From Tepidisphaerales bacterium (lineage in GTDB: Bacteria > Planctomycetota > Phycisphaerae > Tepidisphaerales > Tepidisphaeraceae), in the NCBI GenBank assembly GCA_038244055.1, contig JBBRTW010000001.1, forward strand, positions 4,291 through 68,290: a DNA stretch of 64,000 nt, read 5' to 3'. Numbering within the stretch: position 1 is the stretch's first letter; every line of letters begins with the position of its first letter. This document shows positions 30,019 to 40,398 of the stretch, piece by piece. Made by a program: the position numbers and the translations under genes. The notes under the pieces are model-generated. The model was not told the origin of the DNA. It worked only from the letters and a program-made list of their open reading frames with translations, and did no database searches.

Positions 30019-30124
30019 GTAGCATGGGCATCTTGCCCATGAAACTTGTAGCACGGGCATCTTGCCCGTGTTGAGGGTGTCATGTTGATACTGCTCGCTT
30101 CCACGGGCAGGATGCCCGTGCTAC
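30019..30124. repeat. Cluster of 3 REP-like palindromes
   Basis: Copies lie at 30019-30041, 30048-30075 and 30102-30124. Confidence 0.88.
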
Positions 30125-30154
30125 GTGAAACGAGTTGAAAGGAGCCTCGCGCGA

Positions 30155-30877
30155 ATGATGAAGAAAATCGGAATGATGACATTGGTGGCGTTCTGCATGG
30201 CAACGGTGCTCTCGATCGCACTTGCGGACGACCCCAAGCCGGCCGCGGAGGAAGGATTCACGTCTATCTTCAACGGCAAAGACCTCACCGGCTGGGTTTA
30301 CGGCAAGGCGAAGAAAAAAGATGGCAGCGAAGGCGAGAACAAGGCCGGCGAGGGGTATCAGGTCAAGGATGGCGTGGTGTTTTGCACCGTCAAGGATGGC
30401 GGCAACCTTTACACCGAAAAAGAGTACGGCAACTTCGTCCTCCGTTTCGAGTTCAAGCTGAGCGAAAGCGCCAACAACGGCATCGGCATCCGCGCCCCCT
30501 TGACCGGCGACTCGGCCTACGCCGGCATGGAGATCCAGGTTCTCGATGATGAAGGCAAAGCCTACAAAAAGCCCGATGGCACCAAATGGATTCGCCCCGA
30601 GCAACATCACGGCTCGATCTACGATGTGTTCGCCGCCAAGCAGGGTTTCCAGAAGCCGGTGGGCGAATGGAACGTGGAGGAGATCAAAGCCGATGGCCCG
30701 CACATCACGGTGACACTCAACGGCACGGTGATCACGGATGCGAACCTTGATGATGTGAAGGATGAAGCGAAATTGAAGAAGCATCCGGGCCTGCGGAACA
30801 AGACCGGGCATATTGGATTTCTCGGGCATGGTGCCGAGGTGCAATTCCGGAATCTGAGGATCAAAGAACTGCAGTAG
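30155..30877 (+). CDS. DUF1080 (3-keto-disaccharide hydrolase-like) protein
   Basis: Signal peptide, then FTSIFNGKDLTGWVY, GYQVKDGVVFC, YGNFVLRFEFKLSESANNGIGIR and GHIGFLGHGAEVQFRNLRIKEL. Confidence 0.85.
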   Translation: MMKKIGMMTLVAFCMATVLSIALADDPKPAAEEGFTSIFNGKDLTGWVYGKAKKKDGSEGENKAGEGYQVKDGVVFCTVKDGGNLYTEKEYGNFVLRFEFKLSESANNGIGIRAPLTGDSAYAGMEIQVLDDEGKAYKKPDGTKWIRPEQHHGSIYDVFAAKQGFQKPVGEWNVEEIKADGPHITVTLNGTVITDANLDDVKDEAKLKKHPGLRNKTGHIGFLGHGAEVQFRNLRIKELQ

Positions 30878-30900
30878 GATCGAACCAGGTAGGTTTATCC

Positions 30901-31521
30901 ATGAAACGCCGGCGACTTCTCATCACCGCATTGGCGTTTGTTGGAATAGTGGTCTTTGGGTTTTTTGTATGGCCCGGGCGCGCGATTCTGGATCCGACTG
31001 TCCATACCCAGGCGGATCCCGAAGCGGTTAGCGCGGGACAGGTCGATCTCTTGAATGCCACGGACTTTCACTTCACCATCGGTGATGGAAGCGGCTGGCA
31101 TGGCTATGACGTCCTCAAAGTCGACGCTGATGGAAGCTGTGAATACACATACCAGCAGCATGCCTATACGAAATCTCCCGATGGTAAGACCATGCTCGAT
31201 CCGGGGTGGCGTCGCGCGAACTTTAAGATCGATTCCGCGACCCTTTTGGCGCTCCGTCAGGCCCTGGTTCAAATCGACTATTGGCGTCTCAAGAAGAGTT
31301 ATCGTGCCGATGTCGCCGACGGCACTCAGCGCTACCTGAAGATCATCGCATCCGCCCATCGAAAGGCGATCTGGTGCGACAACTACTTTCCGTCCGAATT
31401 CGAATCCATCCGCAAGTTCACTGAGTCTCGAATTATCGCAATTCACCGTCCAGAAATCGATGCGGCTCCTGCAATCCGACTCGACAGTAAGGATTGGGAG
31501 CCGGAGACCTTCGGCCCTTGA
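30901..31521 (+). CDS. Membrane-anchored hypothetical protein
   Basis: 206-aa ORF with an N-terminal TM helix. No family recognised. Confidence 0.45.
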   Translation: MKRRRLLITALAFVGIVVFGFFVWPGRAILDPTVHTQADPEAVSAGQVDLLNATDFHFTIGDGSGWHGYDVLKVDADGSCEYTYQQHAYTKSPDGKTMLDPGWRRANFKIDSATLLALRQALVQIDYWRLKKSYRADVADGTQRYLKIIASAHRKAIWCDNYFPSEFESIRKFTESRIIAIHRPEIDAAPAIRLDSKDWEPETFGP

Positions 31522-31595
31522 TCTCGATTTCGCCCTATTTTCCCGTTGTAAGATGGCAAGCTTGCTCACCCGCTCATTTCGACTAAAACTCCCTC

Positions 31596-32699
31596 ATGGC
31601 TTCGATGAGTTACGAGCAGTCGGGTGTGGATTATGACATGCTGGATGCGTTCAAGCGGGCGTGTCAGCGCGAGGCGGCGCTGACTGCGCCGGCGCTGGCT
31701 CTGCATGGACTCTCGGAGCCGGCCAGGGTGCGGGGGGAATCGGCTTATCTGATCGAGATGCCGACGGAATATCTCGCGCATGTGGAAGAGGGTCTGGGGA
31801 CGAAAAATCTGGTGGCCGATGCGATGCTCAAGCTGACGGGGCGGAGTTTTTACGCCAATGTCGGGATCGATACGGTGGCGACGATGGTCAACGATTTGAT
31901 CACCTGCGGGGCGCTGCCGATTTCGGTGGCGATGCACGCGGCGGTGGGGGATTCGGGCTGGTTCGCCAACAAGCAGGTGGCCGAGGATCTCGCGCGGGGG
32001 TTCGCGGAGGGATGCCGGCAGGCGAACGCGGTCTGGGGCGGCGGGGAAACGCCGGCGCTGAAGGGGATCGTCAATCCGGAGACGATCGTGCTGGCGGGGT
32101 CGGCCGTTGGGCGGATCGCGCCAAAGAATCTTCGGATCATGAACGATGTGAAAGATGGGGATGCGATCATCCTGCTGGCTTCCAGCGGGGTGCATACCAA
32201 CGGGCTGACGCTTTGCCGGGCGATCGCGGACAAACTTCCGGAGGGGTATCTGACGAGGATGGCGGATGGACGGGCGTATGGGGAGGCGCTGCTGGATCCG
32301 AGCGTTCTGTATGTGCGCTTCATCGCGGCCTGTCAGTCGGCCGGGGTGGGGCTGCATTATGCGGCGCATATCACGGGCCACGGCTGGCGGAAAATCATGC
32401 GGCTGGATGAGCCGTTCGTTTATCGCATGACCGAAGTTCGGCCGGCGCCGGCGGTGTTTGGCTTCATGATGGAGAAAGGGCCAATCGATCTGCGCGAGGC
32501 GTATGCGACATTCAACATGGGGGCGGGTTTCGCGGTCTACGTCAGCCCGTCCGATGCGCAACAAGTATTGCGATTGGCGGAATCATTAAGGCACGAAGCA
32601 TGGATCGCGGGGACCGTGCGGAAGCAGGGGGATCGCAAAGCGGTGGAGATCGTGCCGCTGGGGATTACGTTTGAAGGGGAGACGCTGCGGGTGAGGTAG
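31596..32699 (+). CDS. AIR-synthase-family protein (PurM-like)
   Basis: SYEQSGVDYDMLDAFK at the N-terminus, GLGTKNL and VNDLITCGA motifs, and the HITGHG C-domain motif. Confidence 0.62.
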   Translation: MASMSYEQSGVDYDMLDAFKRACQREAALTAPALALHGLSEPARVRGESAYLIEMPTEYLAHVEEGLGTKNLVADAMLKLTGRSFYANVGIDTVATMVNDLITCGALPISVAMHAAVGDSGWFANKQVAEDLARGFAEGCRQANAVWGGGETPALKGIVNPETIVLAGSAVGRIAPKNLRIMNDVKDGDAIILLASSGVHTNGLTLCRAIADKLPEGYLTRMADGRAYGEALLDPSVLYVRFIAACQSAGVGLHYAAHITGHGWRKIMRLDEPFVYRMTEVRPAPAVFGFMMEKGPIDLREAYATFNMGAGFAVYVSPSDAQQVLRLAESLRHEAWIAGTVRKQGDRKAVEIVPLGITFEGETLRVR

Positions 32700-32765
32700 G
32701 AATTCGATTTGGAGCGGTGCGTTCGCATCGTCGTCATCAGAGGTAGTGGTATCCGCCATAAGAAA

Positions 32766-32810
32766 ATGTGCCCGATCTGTTAAGGAATGGGCACATCCAT
32801 TTATATTTTC
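32766..32810 (+). terminator. Hairpin terminator candidate (possibly bidirectional)
   Basis: Stem atgtgccc / gggcacat (32766-32773 and 32789-32796), followed by ccatttatatttt. Confidence 0.5.
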
Positions 32811-32825
32811 GCCACATACGAAACC

Positions 32826-32960
32826 TTAGTGCTTGGCCAGCAAGGACATCGCCTTCGCGTGAGTCTTGAAGACATAGTCACGCGCTTCCTGAGCGCTCAT
32901 CTTCCGACCGGGTGGCGGGATCTTTTTGGGCTTCTTTTTGAGCTTGGTCGGCGTCGCCAT
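32826..32960 (-). CDS. Small Lys-rich ORF (44 aa), hypothetical
   Basis: Hand-translated as MATPTKLKKKPKKIPPPGRKMSAQEARDYVFKTHAKAMSLLAKH. It falls below the ORF-track length cutoff and has no supporting homology. Confidence 0.25.
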   Translation of the reverse strand: MATPTKLKKKPKKIPPPGRKMSAQEARDYVFKTHAKAMSLLAKH

Positions 32961-33076
32961 AATTAACACTCCTCACGGGATTATCGGCAAGAAATATTAG
33001 CACGTTGCGGCGGGAGAGTACAGATTTACCTTCAACGTGCTGAATTCGTGCCTTTAGTGCCCTTCGTGGTTCAAAG

Positions 33077-33856
33077 TCACGGCACTTTCGGCGCGGGCTC
33101 ACCATGCTCGGAGCTGTGGGCGAACTGGCGCTCGACGTAGTCGACGTGGCCGTCGCAGAACAGGACGTTTCCCCTGGCATCCGGATTGGGGATGGGGAGC
33201 GTGGGGGATGGGGCATCGGCGACTTTTTTCTTGGCCATGTCGTGGCGGAGGGAGAGGAGGTTGACGCCGTTTCCCGGGCCGTTCCAGATGACGCCGTTGC
33301 CATCATCGATGGTGGCCATGTCTTCTTCGTACATGAGGATTTTGTCGGATGAGCCTTTGACCTGACTGAGCTTTTTGACGATCACGAAGGTGGCCGGGTT
33401 GGCGTTGGTGCCGCCGCTGGTCATAAACCAGTTCATGACGTAGCTGAAGTAGTAGGGGCCCATGGCGGCGGAGTTTGTTCTCGGGCGGATGGTCCAATCA
33501 TCGGAGGGGCAGCGCATGACTTCGAGATTCGAAGGCGAGAGGTTGACGTACTTGGCCCAGGCGGATTCGCCGATCTGGCCGACCCGGCTGAGCTGCCACC
33601 AGATGAAATCTTCCTCCCAGATGCCGCCGGAGTTTCGCGAGTCGAAGGGGAGATAGCCCTTGTTGTCGTTGGTGTAGGCGATCATGGCCATGCCGAGCTG
33701 GCGGAGATTGGAGGAGCACTTGACGCGCTGGGCATTCTCGCGGGCTTTGTTCAGGGAGGGCAGGAGAATGGAGATCAGCAGCGCGATGATGCCGATGACG
33801 ACGAGAAGCTCGACGAGGGTGAAAGCGCGACGGGCGGATTTTTGAATAGCGGCCAT
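33077..33856 (-). CDS. DUF1559 protein with prepilin-type N-terminal cleavage/methylation domain (H-X9-DG)
   Basis: Starting at [40 protein letters not shown]. The C-terminal [12 protein letters not shown] is also present. Confidence 0.85.
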   Translation of the reverse strand: MAAIQKSARRAFTLVELLVVIGIIALLISILLPSLNKARENAQRVKCSSNLRQLGMAMIAYTNDNKGYLPFDSRNSGGIWEEDFIWWQLSRVGQIGESAWAKYVNLSPSNLEVMRCPSDDWTIRPRTNSAAMGPYYFSYVMNWFMTSGGTNANPATFVIVKKLSQVKGSSDKILMYEEDMATIDDGNGVIWNGPGNGVNLLSLRHDMAKKKVADAPSPTLPIPNPDARGNVLFCDGHVDYVERQFAHSSEHGEPAPKVP

Positions 33857-34152
33857 GAATCCTCTGAAATGACAAGCGAATGATACTCCAGTTTTTAAGC
33901 GGCACAAAGCGGTTGCCGGCGGGAGCGTTTGGAAGCGGACCAGGCAGGGGGTGATCGTCGTCATCCGGGTCGTGGCTGGAAGCTCCGAACCCGGCGTGGC
34001 GGCGCTCAATTTACGCTAGCGATCAGCTTGTGGGGTAATCCCTTGGGTTTTCGGGCGTGCGAAGTCGGTTAAGGTGCTTGCGGCAGGTGCGTGTTCGTGT
34101 TCTTTCTCACGATCGGGGGATGGCATTGGCCGATGAACGCCTTGGAAACGAT

Positions 34153-35541
34153 ATGAGAAGAATTCGCACCCTATTCGAAATTCGATTTGCAGCGATGTAC
34201 CTCCGCCGCGCCTGTAGCTTGCGTGGCGGCATGGCGGCGATGTCTGGCCTGGTCGTTTTAATGGCCATCGCGGCGATTCCGACTATCTCGCTGGCCGATT
34301 CGCCGGCATCGGCTGATGCGCATGCCCAGGGCAGCCCGGACGAGCGGCAGGCTTCCGTGCAGGCACCGGCCGATCCTTCGCCCAATCTCACGGGCGATTG
34401 GGCCGCGCGGAAAAGGCTGGCGGAGCAGGGGGTGTCGTTCGATGTCGATTTCATCAGCGATACCACCAGGAACCTCCGCGGTGGGTTGGACACGGCCGGC
34501 ACCTCCTGGCGGCGCATGTTTGAGGCGACGCTGACCCTCGATACCAAGCCGCTGCTGGGGATTGAAGGGGGAACGATCTTCGCCGATTTTCAATATGCGC
34601 AAGGCTCGAATGCCTCGGATAAGCTGATCGGCGACATTCAGGGAATCGATGGCCTGGATGGCGTGCCGGGGCTGCCGCATCAGAACCGCACGCAACTCAG
34701 CCAGCTCTGGTATCAGCAAATCGCCTTCGATGGCGCGCTGCGGATCAAGGCGGGGAAGATCGATGCGAACAATGATTTCGATCACTCCCCAACGGCCCAG
34801 GAATTCCTGCATCAATCGACTGGCTCCAGCGCGACGCTGTTCACGCTGCCGACTTATCCCGACCCGGCGACGGGGCTGACGATCTTTCTCAAGCCGAATA
34901 AAGATACGCAGATCGGATTCGCGATTTTCGATGGCTCGGGGGCAGAGGGGGTTCACACCGGATCGAATGGTCCGCGGACGTTCTTCCGCAATGCCCAGGA
35001 TTTATTCCTCATCGCGGAGATCGATCAGACTTGGGAGCTTGGCAAAGATCATTTGCCGGGGAGGCTGGGGGTTGGCGGGTGGTACAGCACAAATCACTTT
35101 CAGCGAATGGACTCGGCCATGGGCGCGGCCGGCCGGCAGGTTACGGGGACGGGCGGCCCGTATCTTCTGCTCGATCAAACGATTTGGCGCGCCGACCCGA
35201 AGAGCGAGAAAGATGGCCCGAATATCGCTGTGTTTCTCATGTATGGATACGGCGATCCGACGATCCTGCCTTACGATCATGGCATTGGGGGCGGGCTGGC
35301 GTGGACCGGGGCGCTGCCGAATCGGCCGGACGATATTCTGGGCGTGGGCGTTCAGGCGATTCACTTTGGCGATGCGTATCGCGCGGATTGCCGCTTCGAG
35401 ACCAGTTACGAGGTTTTCTATCGCATTCAAATTGCGCCGTGGATGGCGATCAAACCGGACCTGCAATACATCTCAAATCCCGGCGGCAGGGGGACGGCGG
35501 ATGCAGTGGCGGTGACGTTGCGGATTGAGATGCATTTTTGA
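34153..35541 (+). CDS. Carbohydrate-selective porin, OprB family
   Basis: LTGDWAARKRLAEQGVSFDVDFISDTTRNLRGGL, with a C-terminal beta-barrel ending ...LRIEMHF. The start is ambiguous (34057-34230). Confidence 0.72.
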   Translation: MRRIRTLFEIRFAAMYLRRACSLRGGMAAMSGLVVLMAIAAIPTISLADSPASADAHAQGSPDERQASVQAPADPSPNLTGDWAARKRLAEQGVSFDVDFISDTTRNLRGGLDTAGTSWRRMFEATLTLDTKPLLGIEGGTIFADFQYAQGSNASDKLIGDIQGIDGLDGVPGLPHQNRTQLSQLWYQQIAFDGALRIKAGKIDANNDFDHSPTAQEFLHQSTGSSATLFTLPTYPDPATGLTIFLKPNKDTQIGFAIFDGSGAEGVHTGSNGPRTFFRNAQDLFLIAEIDQTWELGKDHLPGRLGVGGWYSTNHFQRMDSAMGAAGRQVTGTGGPYLLLDQTIWRADPKSEKDGPNIAVFLMYGYGDPTILPYDHGIGGGLAWTGALPNRPDDILGVGVQAIHFGDAYRADCRFETSYEVFYRIQIAPWMAIKPDLQYISNPGGRGTADAVAVTLRIEMHF

Positions 35542-35598
35542 AGGTGGCGATGGATTGGCGGGATGTCCGCGCTTTTCACTGTAATTTGGAGATAAGGC

Positions 35599-36165
35599 TC
35601 AGGTGAATGAAAGCTTCTTGATCCCATGCCCCTTGTCCTGGAGGTGGGACATGACCAGGCCGACGTAGCTGGTCTTGATGATCTGGCGGGTGGCCATTCC
35701 CATGGCGGCTTGAACTTCCTGGACGGCCTTTTCGGTCGGGCCTTCGATTTCGACGAAGGTGCCGAGGTGGGGGAGCTCATCGAGCTCGATCTTGCAGCCG
35801 CGCAGGAGCCACGATTGCCGCTTTTTTTCGAAGGTCAGGACTTGCTGGTATTTCAGGGCCTTGAGCAGGTCCAGGGCTTTGTGGAAGTCGGCCACGCTCA
35901 GTTCCGTCTCATCGCGGCTTTTGAGCGCGGTGGGATGGCGCGGGCCTTTGTAGGTGATGGTGCACTGCTCGCTTTGATCGGCGACGTTCCGCGCCGAGCG
36001 GACGCGCAGGCCCATATCGGCGGCGAGGAGCGAGCGATCATCGGTGTCGAAGATCGCGTTGATCTCAAAAAAATCGCCGACCGGCTCGGCCGAGAGCTCT
36101 TTCAGTTTGGCCTGAAACGGGGCGAGGGAATCCACTTTGATTTTGGCTTCGATTTCAACGGGCAT
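35599..36165 (-). CDS. CYTH-domain protein (class IV adenylate cyclase/triphosphatase-like)
   Basis: The MPVEIEAKIKV ExExK motif is at the N-terminus. 188 aa. Confidence 0.8.
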   Translation of the reverse strand: MPVEIEAKIKVDSLAPFQAKLKELSAEPVGDFFEINAIFDTDDRSLLAADMGLRVRSARNVADQSEQCTITYKGPRHPTALKSRDETELSVADFHKALDLLKALKYQQVLTFEKKRQSWLLRGCKIELDELPHLGTFVEIEGPTEKAVQEVQAAMGMATRQIIKTSYVGLVMSHLQDKGHGIKKLSFT

Positions 36166-36170
36166 AGGGG

Positions 36171-36205
36171 GAAGGATGAATGATGAAGGATGAAGGATGA
36201 AGGAC
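36171..36205. repeat. Tandem heptamer array (GAAGGAT x5 with variants)
   Basis: GAAGGAT GAATGAT GAAGGAT GAAGGAT GAAGGAC lies immediately upstream of the CYTH gene start. Confidence 0.85.
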
Positions 36206-36285
36206 GCGGATCTTGTGACTGATGATAGGAGCGTTGGGAATTCGATCCACTGGCCAGGAGAATATTTTGAACATATCGATGCGAT

Positions 36286-39200
36286 TCATTTCACGACGAA
36301 ATTCACCAGCCGCTTGGGGACGTAGAGTTCCTTCACCACTGTCTTGCCGGCCAGATGGGGCTGGACGCCGGCGTCCTGGCGGGCGGCGGCGAGAATTTCG
36401 GCTTCGGGGGCGTCGGCGGGGACGGTGACTTTGCCGCGGAGTTTGCCGTTCACCTGGACGGGAATCTCGATGGCCGTTTCGGCGAGTTTGGCCGGGTCGA
36501 AGGTGGGCCAGGGGCGGCGGGTGAGGGTCTTGGAATGCCCCAGGCGGGCCCAGATTTCCTCGGCGATGTGCGGGGCGAAGGGGGCCAGCATCAAGGTGAA
36601 ATTCTCGGCCAAGTCGCGCGGGATCGACTCCAGTTTGGCCATCTCGTTATTCAGCTTGATCAGCTCGGCGATGGCGGTGTTGAAGCGCAGGTCTTCGATA
36701 TCCTCGGCCACTTTCTTGATGGTCCGGTGCATCTGGCGATCGATGGCATCGGGGATCGGGCCGGTACTGATAACGACGACCTTCTTCTTCTGGTCCTTTG
36801 ATTCTTCGCCGCCATCTTCATAGTCGCCGACGAGGTTTCGCCAGACGGAGTTGAGGAAGCGGGCCATGCCGACGATATCACGGGTGTTCCAGGGTTTTTG
36901 GGCTTCGAGAGGGCCCATGTACATTTCGTAGAGGCGGAAGGTGTCGGCCCCGTAGTCGCCCACGATGGTGTCGGGATTGACGACATTGCCGCGGGATTTG
37001 GACATCTTGAAGGACCGGGCATCGACCTTGATGGCGGCGTTGGCCTTGAGGACGTAGGAGTCGCCCTGCTTCTGGATCAGGATTTCTTCGATGCGCCGGG
37101 CGAAGAGTTTGACGCCGGTCTGCCTGTGGTAGCCGAACATGCGCACGCCGGCCTCGGTCGCTTCTTCCTCGACATCGCGGACCTCGGTGGCCGAGACCGG
37201 CTTGCCGCCATCGTCTTCGAAAAAGTGATATTCCATCTCACCCAGAATCAGCCCCTGGTTGACCAGGCGCTTGAATGGCTCAGGGGTTGCCACATGACCG
37301 AGGTCAAACAGCACCTTATGCCAGAAGCGCGAGTAGAGCAGATGCAGGACGGCATGCTCGACGCCGCCGACGTACAGATCGACGGGCATCCAGTAGGCTT
37401 CTTTGGCCGGGTCGACGAAGCGGTCGGAGTTGCGCGGGTCGATGTAGCGCAGGTAATACCAGCAGGAGCCGGCCCACTGGGGCATGGTGTTGGTCTCGCG
37501 CGTGAAGGTATCCCCGGCTTTGTCGGTGTAGGCGATCCAATCCTTGACCTTCGACAGGGGGGGCTCGGGGGTGCCGGTGGGTTTGAAATCGACCATTTCC
37601 GGCAGGGCGAGGGGGAGCTCGGATTCATCCAGCGGATAAGGCTCGCCATCTTCATCCAGCACGATCGGGAAAGGCTCGCCCCAATAGCGCTGGCGGGAGA
37701 AGAGCCAGTCGCGGAGTTTGTATTTGATGGATTTGTGGCCGACGCCTTCGTCTTCGAGGTGATCGGTGATTTTCTCTTTGGCGTCGGCCGTCGGCAGGCC
37801 TTCGATCAGGGGGGAGTTGATGGCGATGCCTTCGCCGACGAAACAGGTCTCGGGGTCGGCGGTCCCGGTCGCCGGTTTGACGACTCGGGTGATGGGCAGG
37901 CCGAACTTTTTCGCGAACGCCCAGTCGCGATCATCGTGCGCGGGGACGGCCATGATCGCCCCGGTTCCGTAGCCCATCAGTACGTAATCCGCGATCCAGA
38001 CCGGAATCTGCTCCTTGTTCACCGGATTGATCGCATACGTTCCCGTGAAGACGCCGGTTTTGTCTTTGGAATCGGCCATTCGATCGCGCTCGGAGCGCCC
38101 GCCGACGGCGGCGCGGTAGGCTCCGACGGCCGACTTTTGCGCATCGGTGGTGATCCGCTCGACCAGCGGATGCTCGGGGGCCAGGACCATGTAAGTAGCG
38201 CCGTAGAGCGTATCCGGGCGGGTGGTGAAGACGGTGATGACATCGCCCATGTCGGTTTCGGCGGCGAGTTCGTCTTCGAGGGAGGTTGCGGGTTGCGAGT
38301 TGGGAGTTGGGAGTTGCGAGTTACGCGAGTTGTCCGTTGTCCGTTGTCCGTTGTCCGTTGTTGGTGATTGCTCGCTCGGTCCAACTGACAACGGACCACT
38401 GACGACGGACAACGGACCTTCTCGCTTCTGTTCGACTACATCAAAATCCACCTCCGCGCCGATGCTTTTGCCGATCCAGTTTCGCTGCATTTGCTTCAGC
38501 GATTCGGGCCACTCCACGCTGTCCAAGTCATCGGCGAGGCGGTCCGCATATGCAGTGATGCGCAGCAGCCATTGCTGCATCGGCCGACGCTCAACCGGAT
38601 GACCGTCCCGCTCCGACTTGCCATCAATCACTTCTTCATTGGCCAGCACAGTCCCCAGCCCCGGGCACCAGTTCACTGGAATTTCATCTTTGTACGCGAG
38701 CCGCGAGTTAAGGATTACATCGGCCTGCTCTTCTTCCGACAGCTCGCGCCAGAGCCGCTCGGAGCGGATTTCGCCGGCGACCTGCTCGAGGCCTTCGGTG
38801 GTTGGGTTCACATGGATCGTGAAATCGGGCGCGACGACGTAATTTTCGTTAGCCAGTTCGTTCATCAGATGGGCGATGGGCATCGCCTTTTGCTGGATCG
38901 GGTCGAAATAGGAGTTGAACAGTTGCAGGAAGATCCACTGGGTCCAGCGGTAGTAGCCGGGGTCGGTGGTATCGACTTCGCGATCCCAGTCGTAGCTCAG
39001 GCCGAGCATTTGGATCTGGCGGCGGAAATTCTCGATGTTTTTGCGGGTGGTGGCGGCGGGGTGAACGTTGTTTTTGATGGCATATTGCTCGGCCGGCAGG
39101 CCGAAGGCGTCCCAGCCCATGGGATGGAGGACATTGAACCCTTTCATGCGGTAGAAGCGCGAGACGATATCGGTGGCGGTGTATCCTTCGGGATGGCCAA

Positions 39201-39354
39201 CATGCAGCCCGGACCCGCTGGGATAGGGGAACATATCCAGGATGTATTTCTTAGGCTGATCGGGAGCCTCCTCGGGGTCGAAGGCCCGGAAGGATTTGTT
39301 CTCCAGCCAATACTGCTGCCACTTCTTTTCGATCGCGGTAAAGTTGTAAGGCAT
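36286..39354 (-). CDS. leuS: Leucine--tRNA ligase
   Basis: HVGHPEGY (HIGH) and KMSKSRGN (KMSKS) motifs, the [20 protein letters not shown] editing-domain entry and the YWLEN N-terminus. At 1022 aa it is longer than usual because of an internal low-complexity insertion. Confidence 0.97.
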   Translation of the reverse strand: MPYNFTAIEKKWQQYWLENKSFRAFDPEEAPDQPKKYILDMFPYPSGSGLHVGHPEGYTATDIVSRFYRMKGFNVLHPMGWDAFGLPAEQYAIKNNVHPAATTRKNIENFRRQIQMLGLSYDWDREVDTTDPGYYRWTQWIFLQLFNSYFDPIQQKAMPIAHLMNELANENYVVAPDFTIHVNPTTEGLEQVAGEIRSERLWRELSEEEQADVILNSRLAYKDEIPVNWCPGLGTVLANEEVIDGKSERDGHPVERRPMQQWLLRITAYADRLADDLDSVEWPESLKQMQRNWIGKSIGAEVDFDVVEQKREGPLSVVSGPLSVGPSEQSPTTDNGQRTTDNSRNSQLPTPNSQPATSLEDELAAETDMGDVITVFTTRPDTLYGATYMVLAPEHPLVERITTDAQKSAVGAYRAAVGGRSERDRMADSKDKTGVFTGTYAINPVNKEQIPVWIADYVLMGYGTGAIMAVPAHDDRDWAFAKKFGLPITRVVKPATGTADPETCFVGEGIAINSPLIEGLPTADAKEKITDHLEDEGVGHKSIKYKLRDWLFSRQRYWGEPFPIVLDEDGEPYPLDESELPLALPEMVDFKPTGTPEPPLSKVKDWIAYTDKAGDTFTRETNTMPQWAGSCWYYLRYIDPRNSDRFVDPAKEAYWMPVDLYVGGVEHAVLHLLYSRFWHKVLFDLGHVATPEPFKRLVNQGLILGEMEYHFFEDDGGKPVSATEVRDVEEEATEAGVRMFGYHRQTGVKLFARRIEEILIQKQGDSYVLKANAAIKVDARSFKMSKSRGNVVNPDTIVGDYGADTFRLYEMYMGPLEAQKPWNTRDIVGMARFLNSVWRNLVGDYEDGGEESKDQKKKVVVISTGPIPDAIDRQMHRTIKKVAEDIEDLRFNTAIAELIKLNNEMAKLESIPRDLAENFTLMLAPFAPHIAEEIWARLGHSKTLTRRPWPTFDPAKLAETAIEIPVQVNGKLRGKVTVPADAPEAEILAAARQDAGVQPHLAGKTVVKELYVPKRLVNFVVK
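38284..38418. repeat. Heptamer-array hairpin element embedded in-frame in leuS
   Basis: GGTTGCG GGTTGCG AGTTGGG AGTTGGG AGTTGCG ... GTTGTCC x4 (38284-38363) faces GACAACG GACCACT GACGACG GACAACG (38387-38414). It is about 135 nt and is translated as [45 protein letters not shown]. Confidence 0.85.
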
Positions 39355-39397
39355 AACGGGTTGGATGATAGCGGAAAGTGGTTGGGCGGGAAGGCGT

Positions 39398-39494
39398 CAA
39401 TGGTCCATGGTCAATTGTCCATGGTCCATTGTTTATTGGAGGAGGAGTTGTCCGAGCGGGCATACGCGATGGACAATGGACAATTGACAAAGGA
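39398..39494. repeat. Heptamer-array hairpin (CMATGGT units / GGACAAT units)
   Basis: CAATGGT CCATGGT CAATTGT CCATGGT CCATTGT (39398-39432) faces GGACAAT GGACAAT TGACAAA (39471-39491). It lies upstream of the leuS start. Confidence 0.85.
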
Positions 39495-39595
39495 CGTCCC
39501 ATAACGCGATCTTGCGCAAATTTTGGAGGAAAGTTCTAAATTGAGCCGACAGCGTTCCGATAACCGATATAGGACATCAGAGTAAGCCAGTTCGA

Positions 39596-40021
39596 ATGTC
39601 CTGGAAGGTGTGCCTTATGCTGCTGTTGACTCAACCTGAGACCGACCACGCCGGATTGGATATCGCTCCCCGCCGGAGCGCCGCCACGGGGGCCGAGCGC
39701 CGCCGCGGGCTGCGCATCGAGCAGGCCCGGCCGATCAAGGTCTTCGATCCGATGACCTCGCGCTACTTCGGCGGGCAGACCTGCGACGTCTCCGCGACCG
39801 GATTGCGGATCGAGTTGCCGGCCTCCATGCCCGTCCGCGAGGGCAAGACCATCAGCGTCCACGTCGGGCTGAACGATCAGGGGCAGGCGCTGGCCAACCG
39901 CCGGGCCATGATCCCCGCCAAGATCGTCTGGATCGACCGCTCGATGGATTCCCAGAACCCCAAGGTGATGGCGGGCGTAGAATTCGTGGTCAGCATCGCC
40001 GCGCATCTCGACGCGGCCTGA
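39596..40021 (+). CDS. PilZ-domain protein
   Basis: The RRRGLRIE (RxxxR) and DVSATGLRI (D/NxSxxG) c-di-GMP-binding motifs are present. Confidence 0.75.
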   Translation: MSWKVCLMLLLTQPETDHAGLDIAPRRSAATGAERRRGLRIEQARPIKVFDPMTSRYFGGQTCDVSATGLRIELPASMPVREGKTISVHVGLNDQGQALANRRAMIPAKIVWIDRSMDSQNPKVMAGVEFVVSIAAHLDAA

Positions 40022-40080
40022 TGCGGAACAATACAGTGGGGCGGCGTGCTGTCTGGTGCGCCTGCCCCGATAGGATTGGA

Positions 40081-40113
40081 AACACCCGCCGGTGAATGGC
40101 GGGTGTTTTCGTT
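40081..40113 (+). terminator. Rho-independent terminator
   Basis: Stem aacacccgcc-ggtgaat-ggcgggtgtt followed by ttcgtt. Confidence 0.7.
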
Positions 40114-40398
40114 GATGTCGCCAGTGCCACTTCTCCTACCGCTGGGACGGCAGAAATTGCTCGCATTGCGGATTTGTAACCCCCGCAATCGTTTGAACCG
40201 TGAAACCCCGGCAATCTCACCGCGTCCATGTAATATTGGGCGGTGCATATCCGTTCAACATTTGTAGTGGCCAGCGTAGGATGAACAGAGCATTCTCACG
40301 TCGAACGCATTCGCTTACGCAAACGGGAATCCCGATGTAGGGGTTTCCCGGCTGCGGCGAAATTTCCTGGATTGTCGCGTCGTCGGGGATGAGTTGTT

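Noticed and set aside
29940-30221. N-terminal extension of the 754-aa ORF (STGILPVE, ARCPCYKFHGQDAHAT).
   Set aside because: The extension is encoded by REP-like palindromes. A good signal peptide begins at the internal Met (29939), so the shorter CDS was called.
30080-30844. A 254-aa minus-strand ORF.
   Set aside because: It is antisense to the well-supported DUF1080 gene and has no motifs.
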